From: Oculatellaceae cyanobacterium bins.114
GTDB taxonomy: Bacteria > Cyanobacteriota > Cyanobacteriia > Elainellales > Elainellaceae
Assembly: GCA_033764315.1 (NCBI GenBank)
Contig: JANRJA010000242.1
Coordinates: forward strand, 1-64,000
Reading direction: 5' to 3'
Length of the DNA: 64,000 nucleotides
Under the pieces are notes generated by a model, which was not told the DNA's origin, did no database searches, and saw nothing but the letters and a program-made list of their open reading frames with translations. The translations under genes were made by a program, and so were the position numbers. This document shows positions 8,551 through 17,102 of this stretch, piece by piece. Position 1 is the stretch's first letter. Every line of letters begins with the position of its first letter.

Positions 8551-9447
8551 ATGTGTGGAATTGTTGGATTACTGATTAAAAAGCCAGAGCTACGAGATTC
8601 GTTGGGGGAGTTAATGGTGCCCATGCTGATCGGCATGAGCGATCGCGGCCCCGACTCGGCAGGATTGGCGGTGTTTACTGAAACATTGCCCGATGGTTAT
8701 CGCAAATACAGCTTGTACTCTGGAGGCACTGCCTTTGATTGGGCAGGATTAGGGCAAGATTGGCACACCCAATTTGGCAGCAAACCCGATCTGCAACCCC
8801 TTGGCAATCATGCGATTCTCACGGTAGATGTGTCTCCTGCTCAGGTGAAACAGTGGCTCAAAACCCACTATCCTCAATTACATCTGCTCTCTACAGGACG
8901 CACTATCGACCTTTATAAAGACACCGGAAAACCTGCCACCGTTGCCGATCGCTACAACTTTCGATCGCTCAAGGGCACACACCTGGTCGGACACACCCGC
9001 ATGGCAACAGAGTCAGCCGTTACCCCGGCTCATGCGCACCCCTTCACCGCAGGCGAAGATTTCTGTCTGGTTCACAATGGCTCTCTCTCCAATCCCTATG
9101 AAATTCGTCGCAAGCTAGAACCGCAGGGGATTCACTTTGAAACCGACAACGACACCGAAGCCGCCTGTCGCTATTTAGAATGGCGGATGCGCGAAGGAGA
9201 CGACCTGGAAATGGCAATTCAAGCCGGATTTAAGGAATTGGATGGGTTTTACACCTTTCTCATGGGAACCGCAGACAAATTGGCATTAGTGCGCGATGCC
9301 TTTGCTTGCAAACCCGCTGTCGTGGCTGAAACCGACGATTATGTGGCGATCGCCTCTGAGTTTCGCTCGTTGGCTCACCTGCCCGATATTAAGCATGCCA
9401 CCCTTTATGAACCCGCACCAGAGGAGATGTACGTATGGACCGTGTAA
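8551..9447 (+). CDS. glxB: Class II glutamine amidotransferase-like subunit of N-methylglutamate synthase (MgsA/GlxB)
   Basis: MCGIVG Ntn start, RGPDSAG, GHTRMATES, HNGSLSN, DNDTE. Confidence 0.88.
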   Translation: MCGIVGLLIKKPELRDSLGELMVPMLIGMSDRGPDSAGLAVFTETLPDGYRKYSLYSGGTAFDWAGLGQDWHTQFGSKPDLQPLGNHAILTVDVSPAQVKQWLKTHYPQLHLLSTGRTIDLYKDTGKPATVADRYNFRSLKGTHLVGHTRMATESAVTPAHAHPFTAGEDFCLVHNGSLSNPYEIRRKLEPQGIHFETDNDTEAACRYLEWRMREGDDLEMAIQAGFKELDGFYTFLMGTADKLALVRDAFACKPAVVAETDDYVAIASEFRSLAHLPDIKHATLYEPAPEEMYVWTV

Positions 9448-10148
9448 TGCCCCCAGTGCTCAACAAAACCAGCTTTGACTTGGCGCAGACCCCACTTAGA
9501 GAAGTCAATCACTTTCTGCATCACAGTGCCGTCCATTTAGCAGATCAGACGATTGAAATTCTCAACCCTGATGGAGCACACAACATCGCTGTCGGGTTAG
9601 ATATTCCAGTGACCGTTGAGATTCAGGGACACGTGGGTTACTACGCGGCAGGGATGAACCAACAGGCAACCGTCACAATCCACGGCAATGCGGGTCCGGG
9701 TGTCGCCGAAAACATGATGTCGGGTCTGGTTCACGTCAAAGGATTTGCCTCCGTATCCGCCGGAGCATCAGCCCAGGGCGGCACGCTGATCATCGATGGA
9801 GACGCCAGTTTACGCTGTGGCATCTCCCTCAAAGGAGGCGACATTATCGTGGGTGGCAGTGTCGGCAGTTTCTCGGCGTTTATGGCGCAGGCAGGACGGT
9901 TGGTGATTTGCGGCGATGCTGGGGATGCGCTGGGTGACTCCCTCTATGAAGCCGTTATCTATGTGCGCGGTTCTATCAAATCCCTGGGTGCGGATGCTCA
10001 GATTGAGCCGATGACAGAGGGCGATCGCACTGCCCTCAGTGAACTGCTTGCTAAAGCAGGTTTTCCTTACAGCCCCGACGACTTTCAACGTATCGCCTCT
10101 GCCCGACAGCTTTATCACTGGAATGCTGACGCCAACCAGGAGTATTAG
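9435..10148 (+). CDS. glxC: GXGXG-domain subunit of N-methylglutamate synthase (MgsB/GlxC)
   Basis: GHVGYYAAGMN, GVAENMMSG, GISLKG, FMAQAG, GDSLYEA. Confidence 0.88.
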   Translation: MDRVMPPVLNKTSFDLAQTPLREVNHFLHHSAVHLADQTIEILNPDGAHNIAVGLDIPVTVEIQGHVGYYAAGMNQQATVTIHGNAGPGVAENMMSGLVHVKGFASVSAGASAQGGTLIIDGDASLRCGISLKGGDIIVGGSVGSFSAFMAQAGRLVICGDAGDALGDSLYEAVIYVRGSIKSLGADAQIEPMTEGDRTALSELLAKAGFPYSPDDFQRIASARQLYHWNADANQEY

Positions 10149-10351
10149 GGAGAAAGGATGAAAGCTAAAGGATGAAGGATGAAAAAAGAAGAGAGAAGAG
10201 AGAAAAAAGAAGAATGAAATAGGAAATAAAGAGAATGAAGAGTGAAAAGCTGGTTAATCGTTAACAGTAAATTGTTAATTGACTAAACTCAAAATTCTCA
10301 AATTTCAACCATAACCCCACACCCCACACCCCACTCACCACCCTCAAAACA

Positions 10352-11698
10352 ATGGAAAACCAAAAACCGATTTACCGCGAAGAATCTTGGGGATACGATC
10401 GCCGCGCTTTGCACTACATTCAAGACGCTGCCGCTCATGGGCTATATGAGATTCGCGGATTGGGAGCCAAACGCCGACTGCCCCATTTTGATGATCTGGT
10501 CTTTTTAGGAGCTTCTCTAACCCGCTATCCTCTAGAAGGCTATCGGGAGAAATGCGCTACCAAAACGATATTGGGCACTCGCTACGCCAAAAAACCGATT
10601 GAACTCGACATTCCCATTACGATCGCCGGAATGAGCTTTGGCTCGCTCTCTGCCAACGTCAAAGAAGCACTGGGTTTAGCCGCAACCGAGGTAGGCACCT
10701 CCACCACCACAGGCGACGGGGGCATGACCCCAGAGGAAAGACTCTCCTCCAAGACACTGATTTATCAATGTTTGCCCTCTCGCTATGGCTTTAACCCCGA
10801 CGATGTCAGAAAAGCCGATGCGATCGAAATGGTCATTGGTCAGGGCGCAAAACCGGGAGGTGGCGGCATGTTGTTAGGGCAAAAAATTAATCCCCGTGTG
10901 GCAGCCATGCGGACGCTCCCAGAAGGAGTCGATCAGCGATCGGCATGTCGTCACCCCGATTGGACAGGTCCCGATGATCTCACCATCAAGATTCAGGAGT
11001 TGCGCGAGTTAACAGATTGGGAAAAACCAATTTACGTCAAAGTTGGCGCATCCCGTACGTTTAACGACGTCAAGTTGGCAGTCCATGCGGGGGCAGATGT
11101 GGTGGTTGTGGATGGCATGCAGGGAGGCACGGCGGCGACCCAAACCGTGTTCATTGAGCATGTTGGCATTCCGACATTGGCAGCGGTGCGTCAAGCTGTA
11201 GATGCACTGGAAGACTTGAATATGAAGGGCAAAGTACAACTGATTGTGTCAGGTGGCATTCGCACCGGAGCCGATGTAGCAAAAGCCCTAGCAATGGGGG
11301 CAGATGCCGTGTCTTTGGGGCAGGGAGTATTGATGGCACTGGGCTGTAATAGTGAAACCTATGTGCAAAAGGGAGAGCATGTCTCAGCCGTTGAAGATTA
11401 TGCCGCATTAGGTACGGCTCCTGGCGTTTGCCATCACTGCCACACGGGTAAATGTCCAGTAGGAGTGACGACTCAAGATGAGATGTTAGAGAAACGGTTG
11501 GAACCAGAAGTGGGTGCCCGTCGTGTCAAAAATTATTTCAAGACACTCAATATGGAGCTAACCACGATCGCCCGCGCTTGTGGCAAACAAAACGTGCATC
11601 ACTTAGAGCGAGAGGATCTAGTTGCACTCACGGTAGAAGCGGCAGCAATGGCGCGAGTTCCCCTAGCGGGCACCGACTGGATTCCAGGCTGGCGTTGA
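10352..11698 (+). CDS. glxD: FMN-binding glutamate-synthase-like subunit of N-methylglutamate synthase (MgsC/GlxD)
   Basis: IAGMSFGSLS, TTTGDGGM, GQGAKPGGGG, SACRHPDWTGPDDL, CHHCHTGKCPVGVTTQD. Confidence 0.9.
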   Translation: MENQKPIYREESWGYDRRALHYIQDAAAHGLYEIRGLGAKRRLPHFDDLVFLGASLTRYPLEGYREKCATKTILGTRYAKKPIELDIPITIAGMSFGSLSANVKEALGLAATEVGTSTTTGDGGMTPEERLSSKTLIYQCLPSRYGFNPDDVRKADAIEMVIGQGAKPGGGGMLLGQKINPRVAAMRTLPEGVDQRSACRHPDWTGPDDLTIKIQELRELTDWEKPIYVKVGASRTFNDVKLAVHAGADVVVVDGMQGGTAATQTVFIEHVGIPTLAAVRQAVDALEDLNMKGKVQLIVSGGIRTGADVAKALAMGADAVSLGQGVLMALGCNSETYVQKGEHVSAVEDYAALGTAPGVCHHCHTGKCPVGVTTQDEMLEKRLEPEVGARRVKNYFKTLNMELTTIARACGKQNVHHLEREDLVALTVEAAAMARVPLAGTDWIPGWR

Positions 11699-11702
11699 GT
11701 TA

Positions 11703-11949
11703 GGTTTAAGAGCCTGGCGAATAAATTCGCGGCTATCAGAGCGAAGTTCGCCTTCGCGAACTACAGAAAATCAAGGGTTGAGTGAACCGACTCCTATAAA
11801 ATCCGGCTAGTTGCTTACTAGTTACTTTCCTGCAGGCAAAGGTTTTAGCCTGGCCTTACAACAGGGAAGCAGCCAGATTTCATATCAAGTCGGTTTTGCT
11901 CCTGTAGTTGCGGTTTCAACCGCCAAAATCTTTATCCCGAATTCACGTT
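11703..11949. mobile_element. Non-autonomous MITE-like element (left end eroded) carrying a nested 90-bp element at 11795-11884
   Basis: Colinear with the copy at 46599-46763 except for an insert bounded by TATAAAATCCGGCT/AGCCAGATTTCATA. Confidence 0.8.
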
Positions 11950-11952
11950 GAG

Positions 11953-13836
11953 TTAGGACTCTTCCTCGACTTCCATCAACAAAATCACTCCCTGAGTTTG
12001 TCGTTGAAAGCCAATCAAAGGCATGCACGTCACTCGACATTTAATGCTTCTACCTCGTCGGTTGATCGCGGGCAATAGCACTTCTGAGCCGCTATCCGTC
12101 TGACCTGTCAAACACTGGCGCACAGAGGAACGCAACTGTTCAGTGGGTAGCCCAATATCCAGGTTGAGGAAGTGTTGACCTAATGCTTCCTCTGTTCGCA
12201 AACCCCATAAATCTTCAGCTTTGTCATTCCAAATCTGCACACGCAGATCAGGATCGACCACAACGACCCCACTCCTTAAACTAGTGAGGATGGCTTCTAA
12301 AAACGCATTGCTCCGATTGAGTTCTTCACTACGCTGCTGCAATTCTTCATTGACCGTTTGCATCTCTTCATTGGTAGACTGCAACTCTTCATTCATCGTT
12401 TCGAGTTCTTCGTTAGTAGATTGCAACTCTTCGTTGGTTGTTTCAAGTTCTTCATTACTCGACTGCAACTCTTCGTTGGTTGTTTCAAGTTCTTCGTTAC
12501 TCGACTGCAACTCTTCATAAGCCATCTCTAACTCTTGATTAGAGTGTTCAAGTTCTTCTTGTAACCGCTTATACTGGGTCACATCAATGAAGTTAATGCT
12601 GGCTCCCAAAATATCGTTAGCGACATCAAATAATAACGTTACTTGTATATCTAAATAGATCAATTCACCTTGAGATGTTTGCCATTCCACATCTCGCAGA
12701 TTGACAGTGCGGCGATCGCCATACACCTGCTCAATGCATGAGCGCAACTCGACCGGACGGTAAGAAATTTCTAAATCTTGAAAAGGACGACCGAGATCTC
12801 GAAACGTTATCCGAAAGAGCGATCGCGCCCGTTCATTCACCAGTATCAAGAGACCATTATTATCAATCACGATGCGAGCCGAAGGATCACTATCAAAAGC
12901 CGCTTCCCGTAAACGCACATGATTTGATAAATGATTCGCAGCTTCTTGGCTGCCTGTCTGTGCCATAACTGACAAGCGATCGCGAAAACTAAGTTTTGGC
13001 ACTTTAGTGAAAATACGTCTCTTTAAATCAACCGGAGTAAACGTGTTGCTATGCGTGAGCAACATTTCAGCTTTACCCAAAAATAGAAACCCTCCGTCTC
13101 GTAGAGCAAAGTGAAACCGTGCAAGAATGCGGGCTTGGGTCTCAGCATTAAAATACATAATGGTGTTGCGACACACCAACAAATCAATCTTAGAGATGGG
13201 CGCATCTTGAATCAAATCGTGACGACCAAAAATGACCGAACGCCGCAGGTCTTTGCGAAACACATAGCGATCGTCATAGAGTTCAAAAAACTGCTCAATT
13301 TGCTCAGGCGATAACCCCGTCAAGTCTTTGAGTGTATAGGTCGCTTGTCGAGCCTGATTCAGTGCTTCTTCATCAATGTCAGTGGCATAGATTTTCACCT
13401 GCTCTCGAAAATTCTCAATGCCAATCGCCTCCGCCATAAGCATGGCAAGGGTGTAAGCTTCTTCCCCAGACGCACAGCCCGCACTCCAGATGCGGATCGG
13501 TTCGCCCAACACCTTGCGCAGGATAATCCGAGGGAGAATCTCACTGAGTATATAATCCCAAGTGGAGCGATCGCGAAAAAAAGAGGTGACATTAATTAAA
13601 AGGGTATTAAAGAGGGCACTAAATTCCTCTGGATAGACCTCTAAGTAATCTAGATAGTTGCTATAGTCCTCAATGCCAACGGTTTGCATCCGTTTGTTGA
13701 CCCGTCGAATCAGACTCGATCGCTTATAGCCTGTGAAGTCAAAGCCCCGATTTTGCTTGACATAATCGAGGAGAGCTTCAAACTCCAAACTTACAGTAGG
13801 AGTTAAATTTTCATCCGAAAATGTCATATCTTTCAT
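11953..13836 (-). CDS. CheR-type methyltransferase with PAS domains and a heptad coiled coil
   Basis: FDFTGYKRSSL.RR, INVTSFFRD, IWSAGCASGEEAY, ATDID, CRNTIMYF; ELQSSNEELETTNE repeats; two PAS-like segments. Confidence 0.9.
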   Translation of the reverse strand: MKDMTFSDENLTPTVSLEFEALLDYVKQNRGFDFTGYKRSSLIRRVNKRMQTVGIEDYSNYLDYLEVYPEEFSALFNTLLINVTSFFRDRSTWDYILSEILPRIILRKVLGEPIRIWSAGCASGEEAYTLAMLMAEAIGIENFREQVKIYATDIDEEALNQARQATYTLKDLTGLSPEQIEQFFELYDDRYVFRKDLRRSVIFGRHDLIQDAPISKIDLLVCRNTIMYFNAETQARILARFHFALRDGGFLFLGKAEMLLTHSNTFTPVDLKRRIFTKVPKLSFRDRLSVMAQTGSQEAANHLSNHVRLREAAFDSDPSARIVIDNNGLLILVNERARSLFRITFRDLGRPFQDLEISYRPVELRSCIEQVYGDRRTVNLRDVEWQTSQGELIYLDIQVTLLFDVANDILGASINFIDVTQYKRLQEELEHSNQELEMAYEELQSSNEELETTNEELQSSNEELETTNEELQSTNEELETMNEELQSTNEEMQTVNEELQQRSEELNRSNAFLEAILTSLRSGVVVVDPDLRVQIWNDKAEDLWGLRTEEALGQHFLNLDIGLPTEQLRSSVRQCLTGQTDSGSEVLLPAINRRGRSIKCRVTCMPLIGFQRQTQGVILLMEVEEES

Positions 13837-14260
13837 TTATTACCCGCTCTATAGCGGTTATCACACACTAAAACTATCGAATCAAACATGAGAAAAGGGG
13901 TATGAGAGCAGCCATCAGCCAGGAGTAGCCCTCACCCCCTTATCCTAACTAACAAGGTTGTGCTTTATCACTGTAGTGCCAATTGGTTCTAAGGAGGACG
14001 TTTAAGTCGTTCAGTTAAGGAATATTTAAGGAACATTTCACTATCTTACCCGTCTTTATTTAAATGGCTTTGAATCAGGATTTAGATTCAGACAGGTGAA
14101 TGATAAACTTGCTAAAAAATCCTGAAAGCATCTCTTAGAAATTGAAGAATTAATATATGATCTGAGCTGAGGTAACTTGTCTTGAATTTGAGTTGCTCAT
14201 CTACCAACGTTGTATATCGGCTGCCTGCTCAGCATCAATTATTTGGTGGAGTTTAGCGAG

Positions 14261-14557
14261 ATGAAGCTTAAAATTTCAAGCACGTTGATATTGTTGCTGG
14301 CAATGTGGGTTGCATTACCCGCTAGAGCGGCTAATTCTGATCACATTCGGCGGCTTCTAGACACTAACACCTGTCCCAGTTGCGATTTAAGCGGGGCTAA
14401 CTTATCAGGGGCTAACTTGTCGAGAGCCAATTTAGCCAACGCGGATCTAAGGTTTGCTAACTTAAGAAACGCCAATCTGAGTTATGCAGATTTGCGAGGA
14501 GCAAATTTAGATGGAGCTAATTTAAGTGGCGCAAACCTGCATGGAGCAAGATACTAA
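14261..14557 (+). CDS. Secreted or lumenal pentapeptide-repeat protein
   Basis: Signal peptide [33 protein letters not shown](N/D)Lxx repeats; ATG at 14261 preferred over the TTG at 14210. Confidence 0.88.
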   Translation: MKLKISSTLILLLAMWVALPARAANSDHIRRLLDTNTCPSCDLSGANLSGANLSRANLANADLRFANLRNANLSYADLRGANLDGANLSGANLHGARY

Positions 14558-14918
14558 ACGCCATCTCAGACTTAAAATTCACTCCACACTTGGCATGGTT
14601 GTCATTGCTGAGCTGTTGATATCAACCAGATTGCCAATAACAGCTCAAGCTGGAAACGAGAACTCTGTCCGACAATTAATTGACACCAATGAATGCGTGG
14701 GATGTGACTTGAGTGGCACAGATTTACGCAATATTAATCTACGCAGTGCAAACTTGACACGAGCCGATCTGCGAGGAGCCAATTTGCAAGGAGCCGATTT
14801 AGAGGATGCTAACCTCAGTGGGGCTGACTTACGCGGCGCAAATTTAAGAAATACCAACGTGAATGGGGTTCAGTGTGACAACAAAACAAGACCCCACACT
14901 ATTTGCCAGGATGGGTAG
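14541..14918 (+). CDS. Pentapeptide-repeat protein (paralog of the upstream gene)
   Basis: [16 protein letters not shown] repeats; start codon uncertain. Confidence 0.8.
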   Translation: MEQDTKRHLRLKIHSTLGMVVIAELLISTRLPITAQAGNENSVRQLIDTNECVGCDLSGTDLRNINLRSANLTRADLRGANLQGADLEDANLSGADLRGANLRNTNVNGVQCDNKTRPHTICQDG

Positions 14919-14951
14919 TCAGAGAGACAAATGGCGATCGCTCCCTTTACG

Positions 14952-15028
14952 TCTCCCCAACTCTCTTAAAGAAAAAGGAAGCCGAACCATTCAAATCCCC
15001 CTTTTCTAATAGAGATTTAGGGGAATCT
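14952..15028. repeat. Decayed intergenic copy of the GATCCCCC...GGGGGATC element
   Basis: ATCCCCCTTTTCTAATAGAGATTTAGGGGAATC matches the 3' half of 4808-4882. Confidence 0.55.
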
Positions 15029-15447
15029 CAGATGATGCAATACGCGACTCAACAGTTTTGCACGACCTAGAAAGTCATGGTTAGAGGTTAGCAATAGTGA
15101 GTGCTGAGATCATGTAGTGATCTGATGACAAAAAGACATACTGTACTTTTACTCTTTCTTTCTTAAGACTGATGTCATTGAACTAAAAATACGGCTGCTC
15201 TCATTTCTTTTCAGCTACTACAGCGATATTTACAACACGCTATTACAAAATTCATACATCTGCTTACTAACGCCAGGATGTTCTTGATATTTGTAACTTT
15301 GATTGATTTGGCGTGCTATAAGATGGATGGAAAACAAGAATCTTGTTCTCCAGACGATTTTGACTAAGCTTTTTTTTACCTTTTACAGTTAACGCAGCAA
15401 GTACAAATACTTATCTACTCGGCAAGGCTCCCCTGTTTCTGAGATGA

Positions 15448-17082
15448 ATGAGGCTAATCGTTGAAAAAATGCTCGAAATCCCTGGAGCACCATTGCCCCT
15501 TAATTCATGCTTCTATATTGAGCGACCTCCGATTGAGGGACAAGCTTATGCCGAAATTAGCAAACCAGGCAGCTTAATCCGCATTAAAGCGTCAAGGCGG
15601 ATGGGCAAAAGCTCTCTGATGTTGCGCTTAATCAATCGAGCCTTAGCATTGGAATATAAGGTTGCAACGATTGACTTTCGAGAGGCAGACGCAGCCATTT
15701 TTGAACACCCTGACAAGTTTTTTCGGTGGCTGTGCAAGTTCACTACTCGACAGTTAAATCTTCCCCTCAAGCTGGATGATTATTGGGATGAAAGCGTGGG
15801 CAGCAAGGTCAGCTGCACCCTCTATTTTGAAGGACATCTTCTACCACACCTTAATTGTCCTCTTGTTTTGTTGCTAAACGAGGTCAGCCGAATTTTTGAA
15901 TACCCAACCATCGCCAGAGAGTTTTTACCCCTGCTTCGGTTTTGGTATGAGCAAGCGCGTCAGGTCACAATTTGGCAACAATTGCGCCCCGTTGTGCTCC
16001 ACTCAACTGAAATTTATATTGCGTTGAGTTTGCACCAATCTCCCTTCAATGTGGGGTTATCTCTGCAACTGTTCCCTTTCACCTACAAGCAGATCATGCA
16101 ACTGGCAGAGCAGTATAAGCTCTTCCCAAAACCAGCCGAGATTGAGATGTTGCTGCATCTAACGGGAGGACAACCCTATCTCGTTCAACTCGCGTTTTAC
16201 CATATCTGCGATCGCCAACTATCTCTCAAAACGATTCTAGAATCCGCTACATCGCCACATGGAATTTATGGAGAACACCTCCAGAGTCAAGCGATCGCCC
16301 TACAACAACGTCCTGAGCTGCTAAAAGCGTTTCAATTGGTTAATTCAGTTGATGGCTGGTTTTTCTTAGAACCGATGGTGGCGTGCCAATTGGACAGCAT
16401 GGGGTTAGTGAGAATGAATGGGGTTGAATGCCAGGTATCTTGTCAGCTTTATCGACAATACTTCAAACAGTCTCAATGGTTTTTGGGGCAATCTAGCGAA
16501 CAACAAATTGCCCGACTTGAAGAAGAAAATCAACGGCTTCAAGCCCTCACGACCATCGATGATCTCACGAATATTGCCAATCGTCGTTACTTTGATAAGT
16601 GCTTGCGCGAAGAGTGGTGGCGTTTACTCCGAGAAAGGTTGCCTATGTCGTTGATCTTAGGTGACATTGATTGTTTCAAGTTATATAACGATACCCAGGG
16701 GCATCAAGCAGGCGATCGCTGTCTGCAACAAGTGGCATCTGCTATGCAAGCGACTCTCAAACGGGCGGGCGATCTGGTGGCTCGTTATGGTGGCGAAGAG
16801 TTTGCTGTGATTCTGCCGAACACCGATGCAGTCGGAGCCGTTCAAGTGGCAGAGTCACTTTGTGCCGCTATCAGGGCATTGGCGATCGCCCATCCTGCCA
16901 CTCAAGTTGACTCTCAAACCCCTGCTATCATCACGATGAGTCTTGGGGTCGCCAGTATATTGCCTCATACCTATGATGAGCCAGCTCAACTGATTCAAGC
17001 CGCCGATGAGGCACTTTATCATTCAAAAAGTCAGGGGCGCGATCGCGTCACACTTAGTTCGGTTCTCGCGTTCAAGTCCTAA
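15448..17082 (+). CDS. AAA_35-like STAND NTPase fused to a GGDEF diguanylate cyclase
   Basis: [18 protein letters not shown] Walker A, QSPFNVG, GGQPYLV; C-terminal [25 protein letters not shown]-site, GGEEF. Confidence 0.9.
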   Translation: MRLIVEKMLEIPGAPLPLNSCFYIERPPIEGQAYAEISKPGSLIRIKASRRMGKSSLMLRLINRALALEYKVATIDFREADAAIFEHPDKFFRWLCKFTTRQLNLPLKLDDYWDESVGSKVSCTLYFEGHLLPHLNCPLVLLLNEVSRIFEYPTIAREFLPLLRFWYEQARQVTIWQQLRPVVLHSTEIYIALSLHQSPFNVGLSLQLFPFTYKQIMQLAEQYKLFPKPAEIEMLLHLTGGQPYLVQLAFYHICDRQLSLKTILESATSPHGIYGEHLQSQAIALQQRPELLKAFQLVNSVDGWFFLEPMVACQLDSMGLVRMNGVECQVSCQLYRQYFKQSQWFLGQSSEQQIARLEEENQRLQALTTIDDLTNIANRRYFDKCLREEWWRLLRERLPMSLILGDIDCFKLYNDTQGHQAGDRCLQQVASAMQATLKRAGDLVARYGGEEFAVILPNTDAVGAVQVAESLCAAIRALAIAHPATQVDSQTPAIITMSLGVASILPHTYDEPAQLIQAADEALYHSKSQGRDRVTLSSVLAFKS

Positions 17083-17102
17083 AGCCCTCTCACCTGTTTT
17101 TT

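Noticed and set aside
1195-11698. Methylamine operon as an integron cassette array
   Set aside because: The genes overlap or are operonic, and the spacers hold heptamer runs and dispersed repeats rather than attC sites.
10352-11698. Ferredoxin-GOGAT (glsF/gltB) or its pseudogene fragments
   Set aside because: The three separate intact ORFs match the split GlxB/C/D (MgsABC) organisation, not a broken 1500-aa enzyme.
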